From: Leadbetterella sp.
Lineage (GTDB): Bacteria; Bacteroidota; Bacteroidia; Cytophagales; Spirosomataceae
Assembly: GCA_019638185.1 (NCBI GenBank)
Contig: JAHBUH010000005.1
Span: forward strand, 61,300 to 125,299
Direction of reading: 5' to 3'
DNA: 64,000 nt
The notes below the pieces were generated by a model that ran no database searches, had not been told where the DNA came from, and worked only from the letters and a program-made list of their open reading frames with translations. Shown piece after piece: positions 55,085 to 64,000 of the stretch (its first letter is position 1; each line of letters starts with the position of its first letter). The position numbers and the translations under genes were made by a program.

Positions 55085-55831
55085 TCAGGAATGCAGCCAG
55101 CGGTAGAAATTCCGGAATTCTTCCTGCCACAGGGTTTCGTTATGTTCCCCGCCCTTGATGATGCTGAGACGGGTTTCAAAACCGCAGCTCAGCAGCACGT
55201 CATTCAGGTGTACCAGGTTCTGGCGGGTATATTTCCCCTCCCGGGTACCGGCGCTCAGGTAGAATTTCGTGGGGTAGTGGCGGCCTGTCATCCGCACCAG
55301 GGAATAGAGGGCAGGTGCCGCCCAGAGCGAAGGCGAGAAAACGCCCGCCAGGGAAAAGACATCCTGGTGCTTAAAGGCAGTATAAAAGGCGCTTAATCCG
55401 CCCATGGAACTGCCCACCAGGGCCGTATACTCCCTTTCGGGGCGCGTACGGAGTTTTGAATCCACAAAGTTTTTAAGCCCGTTTGCCACAAAATCAGCGT
55501 AGGCATTGCCCTCCTGCGAAAAATTTCCATGCCGGTCAAAAGGCGTATATTCCTTTACCCGGTTACGCTTTCCGTGCTCAATACCGATCAGGATGCATTC
55601 CGGAATGCCCCAGGCCTGCTTCAGTTCACGCATCACCGTGTGGGCCTCCCAGCCGGTGCCGAAAGCCGCTTTCCAGCCTTCGAAAACGTTCTGCCCGTCA
55701 TTGAAATAGATCACCGGGTAGCGTTTTTCCGGTTCCTCAAAATAATCTTCCGGCAGGAAAGCCCAGACTTTCCGCCGTCTTTTCAGGGCCGGTATCCGGA
55801 TGCCTTTGGCCAGGAGAAAAGGATGTTCCAA
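55085..55831 (-). CDS. Putative esterase, alpha/beta hydrolase
   Basis: YPVIYFNDGQN, GSSMGG nucleophile elbow, GGEHNE. Confidence 0.88.
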   Translation of the reverse strand: MEHPFLLAKGIRIPALKRRRKVWAFLPEDYFEEPEKRYPVIYFNDGQNVFEGWKAAFGTGWEAHTVMRELKQAWGIPECILIGIEHGKRNRVKEYTPFDRHGNFSQEGNAYADFVANGLKNFVDSKLRTRPEREYTALVGSSMGGLSAFYTAFKHQDVFSLAGVFSPSLWAAPALYSLVRMTGRHYPTKFYLSAGTREGKYTRQNLVHLNDVLLSCGFETRLSIIKGGEHNETLWQEEFRNFYRWLHS

Positions 55832-55854
55832 GATGAATGCTTTGATTAGCGCTT

Positions 55855-56397
55855 TCAGCCCACTTTCAGCGCCTCTTTCTGAGGGATCAGGTGGGAAAAC
55901 AGCGGGTTATGATGGATCATATACAATTTGGCGCAGGCTTTGGCATCTGACAGCGCGTTATGATGGCGCAGGTCTATGCCGTAAAGCTTGGAGCAGGCGG
56001 CCAGGTTCACTTTGGGAAGCCCCTTCCGGCGGTAGATCTTGACCGTGCAATCCCATTTTTTGGGGAGCTGCAGCTCGTCAAAATTCAGTCCGGCACTTAA
56101 CATACTGTAATACAGGATCTCGCGATCAAAAGAGGCATTATGCGCCACCATCTTTTTCCCCTGCAGGATAGCCTTTAACCGGGGATAGATCTCACTGAAT
56201 GTGGGCGCATTTACGGTGTCTCTGGCCCGAATACCGTGTACGCGGGAGTTATAAAAGTTATACTCGTTATTGGGGGGCTGGATAAGGGTATAATATTCTT
56301 CCATGATATCCAGGCCTTTTACCCAAACCACTCCTACAGCGCAGGCACTGTCTTTCTGTGCCGTAGCGGTTTCAAAATCTATTGCTACAAATTCCAC
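55855..56397 (-). CDS. DEDDh 3'-5' exonuclease (Pol III epsilon-like)
   Basis: AIDFETA, VAHNASFD, HHNALSDA. Confidence 0.92.
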   Translation of the reverse strand: MEFVAIDFETATAQKDSACAVGVVWVKGLDIMEEYYTLIQPPNNEYNFYNSRVHGIRARDTVNAPTFSEIYPRLKAILQGKKMVAHNASFDREILYYSMLSAGLNFDELQLPKKWDCTVKIYRRKGLPKVNLAACSKLYGIDLRHHNALSDAKACAKLYMIHHNPLFSHLIPQKEALKVG

Positions 56398-56398
56398 C

Positions 56399-56632
56399 TT
56401 ATCTCAGTTTTCTTTCCCAGTGATCGGCTTCTTTCCGGCGGTTCATTTCACCGGATCGGAGGGAGGCGGCCAGTTCCGGATGCATAACCCCTTTAGAGGT
56501 CAGATGCCATGATCCGCAATCTTCGCATGGGTAAACCGTTACCGATGAATTCATTTCAAACCGGCTGCGAACCTCCAGTAAAGCCATCACTGCTAATTCT
56601 TCCGAAAGATATGAACGTTTAGGACAACTCAT
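56399..56632 (-). CDS. Small hypothetical protein with CxxC...H motif
   Basis: 77 aa, MSCPKRSY...YPCEDCGSWHLTS; 1-nt gap to the exonuclease gene. Confidence 0.7.
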   Translation of the reverse strand: MSCPKRSYLSEELAVMALLEVRSRFEMNSSVTVYPCEDCGSWHLTSKGVMHPELAASLRSGEMNRRKEADHWERKLR

Positions 56633-56876
56633 TATTTTTTTTAAAACCGTTTTTAAGAAAGATAGTTCAGGAAATCCGGTTTTTCTACCTCACTATAAAA
56701 AAAATTAAAACGGAGCGTTAATATATAAACCACTTAGAATGAATACTATATCTGTTAGTAAACGTTTACAAACGAATACAAACGTTTATTAACCGGTTTA
56801 TTTCCCGAAAGGGTTACAATTTTACGGAGTGGACACAACAACCCTCTTATTTTTAACAATTTAAACAGCGATCATC

Positions 56877-57266
56877 ATGGCAGCGTTAAACAAAGTATTG
56901 TTAATCGGCAATCTGGGCGCAGACCCCGAAGTAAAAACACTCCCCAGCGGCGACAAAGTAGCGAGTATCCGCCTGGCCACTACGGAAACGTATAAAAATA
57001 AAAACGGTGAACGGATGGAGGATACCGAATGGCACCGGGTAGAATTCTGGGGCGGGCTGGCCGGTATTGTGGAACAGTATGTAAAGAAGGGCGACAGCCT
57101 TTATGTGGAAGGCCGCATCCGTACGGAGAAATATACGGACACTAATCAGGTAGAGCGTTACTCCACCAAGATCCGGGCCACGAACATGCAGATGCTAAGC
57201 CGCAAGTCCCAGGCGGGTAACGAAGCACTCCCGGCTCTTCCGGAAGACGACGGGCTTCCGTTCTGA
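56877..57266 (+). CDS. ssb: Single-stranded DNA-binding protein
   Basis: LNKVLLIGNLGADPE, TEWHRV, VEGRIRT, acidic tail DDGLPF. Confidence 0.96.
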   Translation: MAALNKVLLIGNLGADPEVKTLPSGDKVASIRLATTETYKNKNGERMEDTEWHRVEFWGGLAGIVEQYVKKGDSLYVEGRIRTEKYTDTNQVERYSTKIRATNMQMLSRKSQAGNEALPALPEDDGLPF

Positions 57267-57340
57267 GGAATAAGACAAGCTATATGGATTTCCGTATCTT
57301 AGCTCATTCTTCCGGAAGGTGGCAGACTTCCGTTCTGAGG
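57237..57340 (+). repeat. Degenerate duplication of the ssb 3' end
   Basis: 57237-57268 and 57309-57340 match at 27/32 nt, including the TGA. Confidence 0.7.
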
Positions 57341-57508
57341 GGGTAAGCAGCCGGCTTGTGCGGATTCCTGACCGGGTAAAGTGGGGAATACTGATTTCCG
57401 GATTTATTTATCCGAGGGTTTAGTAGCACGGAAAAGAGAAAATGCCGCCCTTTTTGGAATAAACCGGAGAATATGACCTAATTTTGAGGGATTTTTATAC
57501 CCTATAAG

Positions 57509-57916
57509 ATGAGTACTGTTCAGGATAGCCTGCTTTATATTACTACGTTTTTCATGCTTTTAGCTACCTGGCGGGGGTTCAGCGGCGCCTCCCGGATCGG
57601 GATGTTTGAGCAAAAACACTGGGTAATGCTGCGGCTGATCTGTTTTCTCAGCTACGTTAACCTGATGTGGGCTTTGGTGGAGGTGGCGCAGGAGGTATTC
57701 CGGAATGCTGACCCTAACCAGTTTCTGAAAGCAGAGATCCTGGCGCTGTTCTTTGTGGCCGTATGGGTCAGCCTGGGTTTAGGCAAGATTCGCGGCACAT
57801 TGATTCACGGCAAAAAATATGCTACCGTGTTCCTGTATTTCGGGATTGCGGTGGTGGTTATGCTGGCATTGCTGGTTTACCTAAAGCTTTGGAAATATGC
57901 CGGTCTTGTTTTTTGA
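57509..57916 (+). CDS. Hypothetical membrane protein (4 TM)
   Basis: 135 aa, four hydrophobic segments. Confidence 0.7.
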   Translation: MSTVQDSLLYITTFFMLLATWRGFSGASRIGMFEQKHWVMLRLICFLSYVNLMWALVEVAQEVFRNADPNQFLKAEILALFFVAVWVSLGLGKIRGTLIHGKKYATVFLYFGIAVVVMLALLVYLKLWKYAGLVF

Positions 57917-58280
57917 TGGAGAATGTGTATTGTGTAACGGTGTGGCCCGCAGAGTAGCAGAAAGTAACCCTTCGGGGAATATCCGTTTTGCTTCCCTGCA
58001 AGGTGCCTATGCCGGAAGAACATTGAAAAAAGATCTCCTGACGGCTGAAACCCTGGTTTTCATAGATACGGACCGCCTCTTTACCCGGTCAGAAGCGGTG
58101 TTTGAAGTGTTAAGACACCTGCCCGCCTGGCGCTGGCTGAGGGTCTTCCGCTTTATTCCGCGGGGTCTGGCCGACAAGCTCTATGACTTTGTGGCCGCCC
58201 GCCGGATCCGCTGGTTCGGCCGGCAAACCGACTGCCGTATTCTTCCCCCTGGCCTGAAGGAGCGCTTCATCGCTGACTAA
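57897..58280 (+). CDS. DCC1-like thiol-disulfide oxidoreductase (DUF393/YuxK)
   Basis: FFDGECVLC, RFASLQ, YDFVAARRIRWFG...C. Confidence 0.88.
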   Translation: MPVLFFDGECVLCNGVARRVAESNPSGNIRFASLQGAYAGRTLKKDLLTAETLVFIDTDRLFTRSEAVFEVLRHLPAWRWLRVFRFIPRGLADKLYDFVAARRIRWFGRQTDCRILPPGLKERFIAD

Positions 58281-58359
58281 ACCATTTATTCCCTTCAAAT
58301 TTCTAAAATGTAATCTGGGCTAAAAGCCGTAGATTTGTGGGCTTATCGCATACGGCATT

Positions 58360-61350
58360 ATGTTTAGAATTGGGCTCATTGTTATACTGTTAGGGACGCT
58401 GGTTTCCTGCAAGAAAAATTCAGAAGATCGGTTTGACCGCTTTCCGGCGGGAAAAACCAAAGAATTTATCACCCTGGAAGGGATAAACGTACCTGATAAT
58501 GAGCTGGAAGCCGGGCTTTTTGCCGCTGAGCCGGATGTATTTAACCCTACTAACATGGATATTGACCATAAGGGAAGGGTATGGCTCTGCGAAGCGTATA
58601 ATTACCGGAATGATGTAAACCACATCCCCTACGAGAAAAAGGGCGATAAAATTCTGATCCTGGAGGATACAGACGGCGACGGGAAGGCCGATACCAGCAA
58701 AGTGTACTACCAGGGCGAAGACGTAAACGCAGCACTGGGAATCTGCGTGCTGGGGAACCGGGTGATCGTTTCCGCCAGTCCGAATGTATTCATGTTTACC
58801 GATGAGAACGGTGACGACATACCGGATAAAAAGGAAATTCTTTTCAAAACCGTGGGCGGCCTGCAGAGTGACCACGGAGTTCACGCCATGGTCTTCGGTC
58901 CGGATGGCAAGCTCTATTTTAATTTCGGTAACCACGGCATAGGCCTCACAGATCCTCAGGGCCAGCCCCTCAAAGACATCTACGGGCGTGAAATAGGCCA
59001 GACCCTGAAGCCTTTCCAGGACGGGATGGCCGTACGGTGCGATATAGACATGAAAAACTTTGAGGTGATGGGCTGGAACTTCAGGAATAATTATGAGCTC
59101 TGCCTCGACTCCTTCGGCCGGATATGGCAGAGCGATAATGACGATGACGGGGTGAGAAGTAACCGCATTAACTATGTTTTGCCCTACGGGAATTACGGTT
59201 ATAAAGATGAGATGACCGGCGCCGACTGGCGGGCGTACCGGACCAATAAGGAGGATTCGGTTTGGAAGCAGCACTGGCACCAGAATGACCCGGGTGTGGT
59301 GCCTAATCTGAAGGTAATAGGGGCGGGATCACCTACGGGCATTTTTGTGTATGAAGGCTCGCTGCTTCCGGCGAAATACAAAGGGGCGGTTTTCCTGGGC
59401 GATGCCATTAATAACGACATCATCGCTTACGGGATCCGTAAACGGCAGGCCGGCTATGAATTAAGCCGGGAGGTAGTGCTGGATGCTTCGGAAAAAGACC
59501 AGTGGTTCCGGCCTTCGGATGTGGCGGCGGGCCCTGACGGGTCTGTTTTTGTAGCCGACTGGTACGATGTAAGCGTAGGCGGACACTTTATAGGTGACCT
59601 CGAAAAGGGCCGGATTTACCGCGTATACCCCCGGGGAAAAGGAAAATATAAGGTTCCGCAATACGATTTTACGAATACGGCTTCCTGCCTGGAAGCTTTG
59701 AAAAACCCGGCCAATTCAGTCCGCTACATGGCCTGGACGGCCCTGAAGCAGAAAGGGACTGCCGCTGAAAAAGAACTGTACGCGCTGGCCAAAGGAGACG
59801 ATCCGGTATTTACGGCACGGGCCCTTTGGCTACTGAAAGACCTGAATCCGGCTTACCCGGAGGAGTTTTCCCGCCACCCGGATGAAGACGTAAGGGCGGC
59901 CACGGTACGGATGGCCCCCCGGGAAAATAACTCGGCTTTTCTTACCCGGATGGCTCAGGATCCGTCTTACCAGGTGAAGCAGGCGGTAGCCACCCGGATT
60001 TACCTGACGGAGAATGCGGAGGCCTGGTTGAACCTGGCCAATGCCTACACCACCGGCGACCGCTGGTACCTGGAGGCGCTCGGAATCGGGGCTACCGGGC
60101 ACTGGGATACCTACCTGGAAAAATACCTGGCCGGGAAATCCTGGCTGAATAACCCCGATGCCCGGGATATCATCTGGAGAAGCCGCAGTAAAAATACATC
60201 GGGATACCTGGCGGAAATTATCCGGAATACGCCTTTTGAAAGTGCATTGCGCTATTTCAGGGCTTTTGATTTCCAGGACGTTCACGCCCGGAACACCGCC
60301 CTGCTGACTTTACTGGGGAGCTCCCGTGATGAAGAAGAAAAGCTGCTTATTTTCAAGCATTTCGATACGGAATCCATTTTGCAGAATGCGGATTTTCAGA
60401 AGATGATCCCCGGGGTGCTGGCCGGTATAAAAAATGAGCACGATTTCCTGGATATCGTGTTGAAATACCGGCTTTCAGGAGAACGGACGCGCGTTCTGAA
60501 TATCCTGGATAAGAGCGAAGACCCTGCGCTTTACCGGCAGGCGGCGGATGTGGCCAATGCCCTGTTTGGTGTAGGCATATTAAAAGAAGCCCTGAACCGG
60601 AAACCCCTGGATAAGGATTTTGCCGTGAGGCGGATAACGCGGATGGGCCTGGTGGATCATGAAGTGATGACCAAGCAGCTGATCCAGGTGTTTACAAACC
60701 GGAAGTACCCGTTTGAGCTGCGGGAGGCGGCCGTTCTGGCCATGGAGGGCTATATGAGCGACGTCCGCCTGTGGGACCTCATGAAGGTCAATAAAGTGAG
60801 CAAAGAGCTGATCCCGGCCGCCAAAGAGGTGCTTCGCAAAACTTTCCATAACGACATCAAAGTGGAGTTTGAACACGTTTACGGCAGCCCGGAAGCTGTT
60901 CAGGCTTCTCCCATGCCCGATTTCAAGTTGGGTAAAGGGGACGTAGCAAAAGGAAAAGCAGCCTTTCAGAATATGTGTTCGGTCTGCCACAGCGACGGCT
61001 CCATGGGCAGCGATTTCGGGCCTTCACTGGCATCTATCGGTAAAAAACTGACTAAAGAAGGCCTTTACAATGCTATAGTCTATCCTAACCAGGGAATTAA
61101 CCTGGGCTACGAGACCAGCCTGATCACCTTAAGCGACGGCTCCACCTTAAAGGCCATTGTTACCAGTAAAACCTCAGACGCTTACCTGGTGAAAGTACTG
61201 GGGGAAAAGGAGCAGCGGAGTTATCCGCTTAACCAGGTGAAATCTGTTCAGGTGGTGGAGAAGGAATCGTTTATGCCGCCGTTTCCGCTGGCGGAACAGG
61301 ACATGCTGGACCTCGTGTCTTACCTTTCGGGCCTGAAGAAAGGTTCGTGA
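58360..61350 (+). CDS. PVC-type heme-binding CxxCH lipoprotein with dehydrogenase-like beta-propeller
   Basis: Lipobox LVSC; FAAEP..NPTNMDID.KGRVW; GPDGSVFVADWYD; HEAT-like region; CSVCH heme motif. Confidence 0.85.
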   Translation: MFRIGLIVILLGTLVSCKKNSEDRFDRFPAGKTKEFITLEGINVPDNELEAGLFAAEPDVFNPTNMDIDHKGRVWLCEAYNYRNDVNHIPYEKKGDKILILEDTDGDGKADTSKVYYQGEDVNAALGICVLGNRVIVSASPNVFMFTDENGDDIPDKKEILFKTVGGLQSDHGVHAMVFGPDGKLYFNFGNHGIGLTDPQGQPLKDIYGREIGQTLKPFQDGMAVRCDIDMKNFEVMGWNFRNNYELCLDSFGRIWQSDNDDDGVRSNRINYVLPYGNYGYKDEMTGADWRAYRTNKEDSVWKQHWHQNDPGVVPNLKVIGAGSPTGIFVYEGSLLPAKYKGAVFLGDAINNDIIAYGIRKRQAGYELSREVVLDASEKDQWFRPSDVAAGPDGSVFVADWYDVSVGGHFIGDLEKGRIYRVYPRGKGKYKVPQYDFTNTASCLEALKNPANSVRYMAWTALKQKGTAAEKELYALAKGDDPVFTARALWLLKDLNPAYPEEFSRHPDEDVRAATVRMAPRENNSAFLTRMAQDPSYQVKQAVATRIYLTENAEAWLNLANAYTTGDRWYLEALGIGATGHWDTYLEKYLAGKSWLNNPDARDIIWRSRSKNTSGYLAEIIRNTPFESALRYFRAFDFQDVHARNTALLTLLGSSRDEEEKLLIFKHFDTESILQNADFQKMIPGVLAGIKNEHDFLDIVLKYRLSGERTRVLNILDKSEDPALYRQAADVANALFGVGILKEALNRKPLDKDFAVRRITRMGLVDHEVMTKQLIQVFTNRKYPFELREAAVLAMEGYMSDVRLWDLMKVNKVSKELIPAAKEVLRKTFHNDIKVEFEHVYGSPEAVQASPMPDFKLGKGDVAKGKAAFQNMCSVCHSDGSMGSDFGPSLASIGKKLTKEGLYNAIVYPNQGINLGYETSLITLSDGSTLKAIVTSKTSDAYLVKVLGEKEQRSYPLNQVKSVQVVEKESFMPPFPLAEQDMLDLVSYLSGLKKGS

Positions 61351-61411
61351 GCCCTTGCTGAGAATAGGATGCCGGGGGATTCAGAAATCGCTCCCTTTTC
61401 CGGCCCGAAAA

Positions 61412-61589
61412 GACTTATGAGAAGGTTTTGAGGTGAGTAGGCTTACCAGAAAATTTATAAAATGGCCTATGTGAGGGTTTTGAGGTGGGTCAGCTTACCA
61501 GAAAAACTTATAAAATGGCTTATGAGAGGGCTTTGAGGTGGGCCCGTTTCCCGGAAAAACTTATAAGATGGCCTTGAGGTGGGTCAGCT
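61412..61589. repeat. About 3.5 tandem copies of a 53-nt unit overlapping the HAD gene 3' end
   Basis: Full units 61455-61507 and 61508-61560 (TTATAAAATGGC..ATG.GAGGG.TTTGAGGTGGG...AAAAAC), partial 61412-61454, and the gene end 61561-61589. Confidence 0.8.
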
Positions 61590-62235
61590 CCGTGATCACT
61601 TCACGGGAAGAAACACCGCCGGCCGGATCAAAGTGAATGAAGGGCAGGCCGGCATTTGCAGATCCGGTTTTATCGGCTATCTCGTCATCACCGATGTAAA
61701 TGGAGCTGTCCGGCGTGGTGCCGGCCGACTTTAAAGCATACTCAAAAATCTTCCTGTCGGGCTTTTTAGCTCCCGAAATATCACTGGTAATAATATGGCG
61801 GAAATAAGAAAGGATACCGCTTTCGGTCATTTTCCGGGTCTGGATGTCCAGGAAACCGTTACTGATGATATGCAGCTGGTATTTGGGGCGTAAATATTCC
61901 AGCACGTCCAGTGCTCCTTCCATGAGGTGCTTCTGCACGGGCAGGAGGCGCATGAATTCCTCGTTCATGGCCAGGGATTCTGCTTCGGTGCAGGATACTT
62001 CCAGGCTGAGCAGGGTATTTCTGAAACGGAAGCGCCGCAGCTCATCGTGGGTGATGGTATTGGCTTCCAGCTGTCGCCAGAGCCCTTTGTTAATCACCCG
62101 GAAGGCGGAGACAAAGGCCTCGTACGAAACCCGTCCGGCCAGCTGGTGTGCATGAATTTCTTTCAGGCAGGCTTCCGAATTCCGTTCAAAATCCCAGAGG
62201 GTATGATCCAGGTCAAAGAAAACGTGGCGGATCAT
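61561..62235 (-). CDS. YjjG-family HAD pyrimidine nucleotidase
   Basis: FFDLDHTLWDF, IISNGF, KKPDRKIF, IGDD. Confidence 0.9.
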   Translation of the reverse strand: MIRHVFFDLDHTLWDFERNSEACLKEIHAHQLAGRVSYEAFVSAFRVINKGLWRQLEANTITHDELRRFRFRNTLLSLEVSCTEAESLAMNEEFMRLLPVQKHLMEGALDVLEYLRPKYQLHIISNGFLDIQTRKMTESGILSYFRHIITSDISGAKKPDRKIFEYALKSAGTTPDSSIYIGDDEIADKTGSANAGLPFIHFDPAGGVSSREVITELTHLKAIL

Positions 62236-62540
62236 TCTTCGGGCAGGATAAGGCGCTCTACCGGCTTATCGTTCAGGATATGGCTTTGGAAGATCTCGTC
62301 TACGTCTTCCGGGGTCACGTTTCCGTAGAAAACCCCTTCCGGGTAGACCACCATTCCGGGGCCAAACGCACATACGTCCAGGCAGCCGGTCTTTTGGGCC
62401 CGCATCACCCGGTTCAGGCCGTTTTCTTTGATCTTCTCTTTGAAAAGGTCTACCAGCTCCATTCCCCGGTCACTCCCGCAGCATTTTTTAGGGGCGGGCT
62501 TGTCATTGGTACAGATAAAGATATGTTTTTTGTATTTCAT
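62232..62540 (-). CDS. Thioredoxin-like [2Fe-2S] ferredoxin
   Basis: HIFICTN...CC, TGCLDVC..GP..VVYPEGVFY. Confidence 0.92.
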   Translation of the reverse strand: MKYKKHIFICTNDKPAPKKCCGSDRGMELVDLFKEKIKENGLNRVMRAQKTGCLDVCAFGPGMVVYPEGVFYGNVTPEDVDEIFQSHILNDKPVERLILPEE

Positions 62541-62541
62541 C

Positions 62542-63291
62542 TTATGAATTCCAGATATCCCATGACTTTTCGGCCTGGTATACCAGCATTTGATAACCGT
62601 TTATCGTTTTGGCACCCTGTGCTTTCCCTTTCTTCATGAAAAGTGTTTCTTCCGGGTTATACACCAGGTCATAGAGGAAATGGGCGCTGCTCAGCTGCTC
62701 ATAGTCTATTTCGGGGGCGGTATCCGTTTTGGGATAAGTGCCCAGCGGGGTGCAATTAATGATCAGGGTATGATCTTCCAGCAGGGTATTGGCTTCCGGG
62801 TAGGAGATGCGGTCATCACCGGCGGTCCGGGATACCAGCTTATACGGGATGCCCATGTCATCCAGGGCCACGCGTATGGCACGCGCTGCACCGCCGTTCC
62901 CCAGCACCAGGGCATTCAGAGGTTTAGCTCCGGCCAGGAATTCCTCCAGTGAGCGCCGGAAACCATAGTAATCGCTGTTATAGCCCTTCAGGCGTCCGTC
63001 AGCTTGTATTTTTAACACATTAACGGCCCCGATGCGTTCGGCGGCCGGATCGATCTCCGAAAGATAAGGCAGTACATTCAGCTTATGCGGAATGGTCACA
63101 TTCAGCCCTCTCAGGCCTTCGGTTTCTGCCAGGATAGCCGGTAAAGCCCGGATGTCCTCTATTTCAAAGAGGTCATAGCGGTGGGTACCCGTAAGGCCCG
63201 TCGCTTCAAATTTTTCGGTGAAGTATCGTTTGGAAAAAGAGTGGGTGAGGGGAAACCCGATCAGCCCGAATCTGTGTTTACTGTTTTCCAT
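62542..63291 (-). CDS. aroE: Shikimate dehydrogenase
   Basis: HSFS, GLNVTIPHK, IGAVN, NSDYYGF, GNGGAA, INCTPLG, DLVYNP, MLVYQA. Confidence 0.94.
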   Translation of the reverse strand: MENSKHRFGLIGFPLTHSFSKRYFTEKFEATGLTGTHRYDLFEIEDIRALPAILAETEGLRGLNVTIPHKLNVLPYLSEIDPAAERIGAVNVLKIQADGRLKGYNSDYYGFRRSLEEFLAGAKPLNALVLGNGGAARAIRVALDDMGIPYKLVSRTAGDDRISYPEANTLLEDHTLIINCTPLGTYPKTDTAPEIDYEQLSSAHFLYDLVYNPEETLFMKKGKAQGAKTINGYQMLVYQAEKSWDIWNS

Positions 63292-63336
63292 ATTGAGTAA
63301 GTATCACCGGTTTCCCAGGCGGCTGTTTATGTCCTT

Positions 63337-63990
63337 TCAGGCCGCCTGCTTTTTCCCGAATTTCATTTTGATAAACCCGATGATCATGGGCAGCACCGAG
63401 ATAAAGATAATGCTTAAAACCACTTTTTCAAAGTTAGCCTTCACCCATTCATTGGTACCCAGGAAGTAACCCAGCAGAGTAATACTGGTCACCCAAACCA
63501 CCGCACCGATGATGCAGAAGAGGATATAGCGCGGGTAGCGCATGCTGCCGGCTCCGGCCACAAAGGGCGCTACCGTACGGATAATGGGCATGAAACGGGC
63601 CAGGATCACGGCCACACCGCCGTGTTTGGCGTAAAATTCTTCGGTTTGTTCAATGTATTCCCGCTTCAGAAACAGGATCTTCTCCCGTGACTTAATGTAA
63701 TGGCCGAAACGGCTGCCTACAAAATAGTTCACGTTGTCACCCAGCAGGGCAGCTCCGATCAGCAGGGGGATCACCAGGGTCACATCCAGCTGCCCGGTGG
63801 AGGCGGCCAGGAGCCCCACGGCAAAAAGCAGGGAGTCACCGGGCAGGAGCGGCATGATGATCAGGCCGGTCTCCACAAATATCACCAGGAAAAGCAGCGC
63901 ATAGGTCAGCTTATCGTACTCGGCCAGGAATTGTTGCAGAACAGTGAGTGGGTCTTTTAAAAAATCTAGGATGAAGTGAATCAGCTCCAT
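63337..63990 (-). CDS. DedA/VTT-domain membrane protein
   Basis: FVETGL...PLLPGDSLLF, GDNVNY, ARFMPIIRTVAPF. Confidence 0.93.
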   Translation of the reverse strand: MELIHFILDFLKDPLTVLQQFLAEYDKLTYALLFLVIFVETGLIIMPLLPGDSLLFAVGLLAASTGQLDVTLVIPLLIGAALLGDNVNYFVGSRFGHYIKSREKILFLKREYIEQTEEFYAKHGGVAVILARFMPIIRTVAPFVAGAGSMRYPRYILFCIIGAVVWVTSITLLGYFLGTNEWVKANFEKVVLSIIFISVLPMIIGFIKMKFGKKQAA

Positions 63991-64000
63991 GGTCAGTTAT

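Noticed and set aside
61412-61589. Possible CRISPR array
   Set aside because: Units vary throughout, have no unique spacers, derive from the adjacent gene end, and no cas genes are present
1-64000. tRNA, rRNA, integrase or prophage genes
   Set aside because: None recognised in any intergenic region or ORF

Overview
Bacteroidota DNA, most consistent with Cytophagales/Spirosomaceae-like sequence (T9SS cargo, SprB-type repeats, a TTTG-N20-TAnnTTTG promoter). The flanks are ordinary: TolC-MFP-AcrB efflux with a LytS/LytTR pair, M16 peptidase, WbsX-like and 2OG-Fe(II) genes, ABC transporter, acyltransferase, NlpE/META lipoprotein on the left; acs, Hyi-like, RidA, pruA, lysine-catabolic pair, glycosyltransferases, Xre-RES toxin-antitoxin, RsmB/F, MscS, esterase, DEDDh exonuclease, ssb, CxxCH heme protein, YjjG, ferredoxin, aroE, DedA on the right. 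The centre (about 17,980-41,920, all minus strand, bracketed by two terminator-like hairpins) looks like a polymorphic toxin system with an unusual export module: surface lipoprotein, SprB-repeat protein with a T9SS type-A CTD, a 589-aa probable beta-barrel, a 2276-aa signal-peptide/TANFOR-like/FN3/SprB-repeat protein that has no T9SS CTD and ends in an AT-rich DUF3289-like tip, then a cognate lipoprotein. Next come a TreTu-like toxin remnant, three orphan toxin-tip + immunity-lipoprotein cassettes interleaved with REP-like hairpins and a RAYT transposase fragment, a CPHC thioredoxin and a 1285-aa Cys-rich secreted protein. Family names are from motif recall only; no database search was run.
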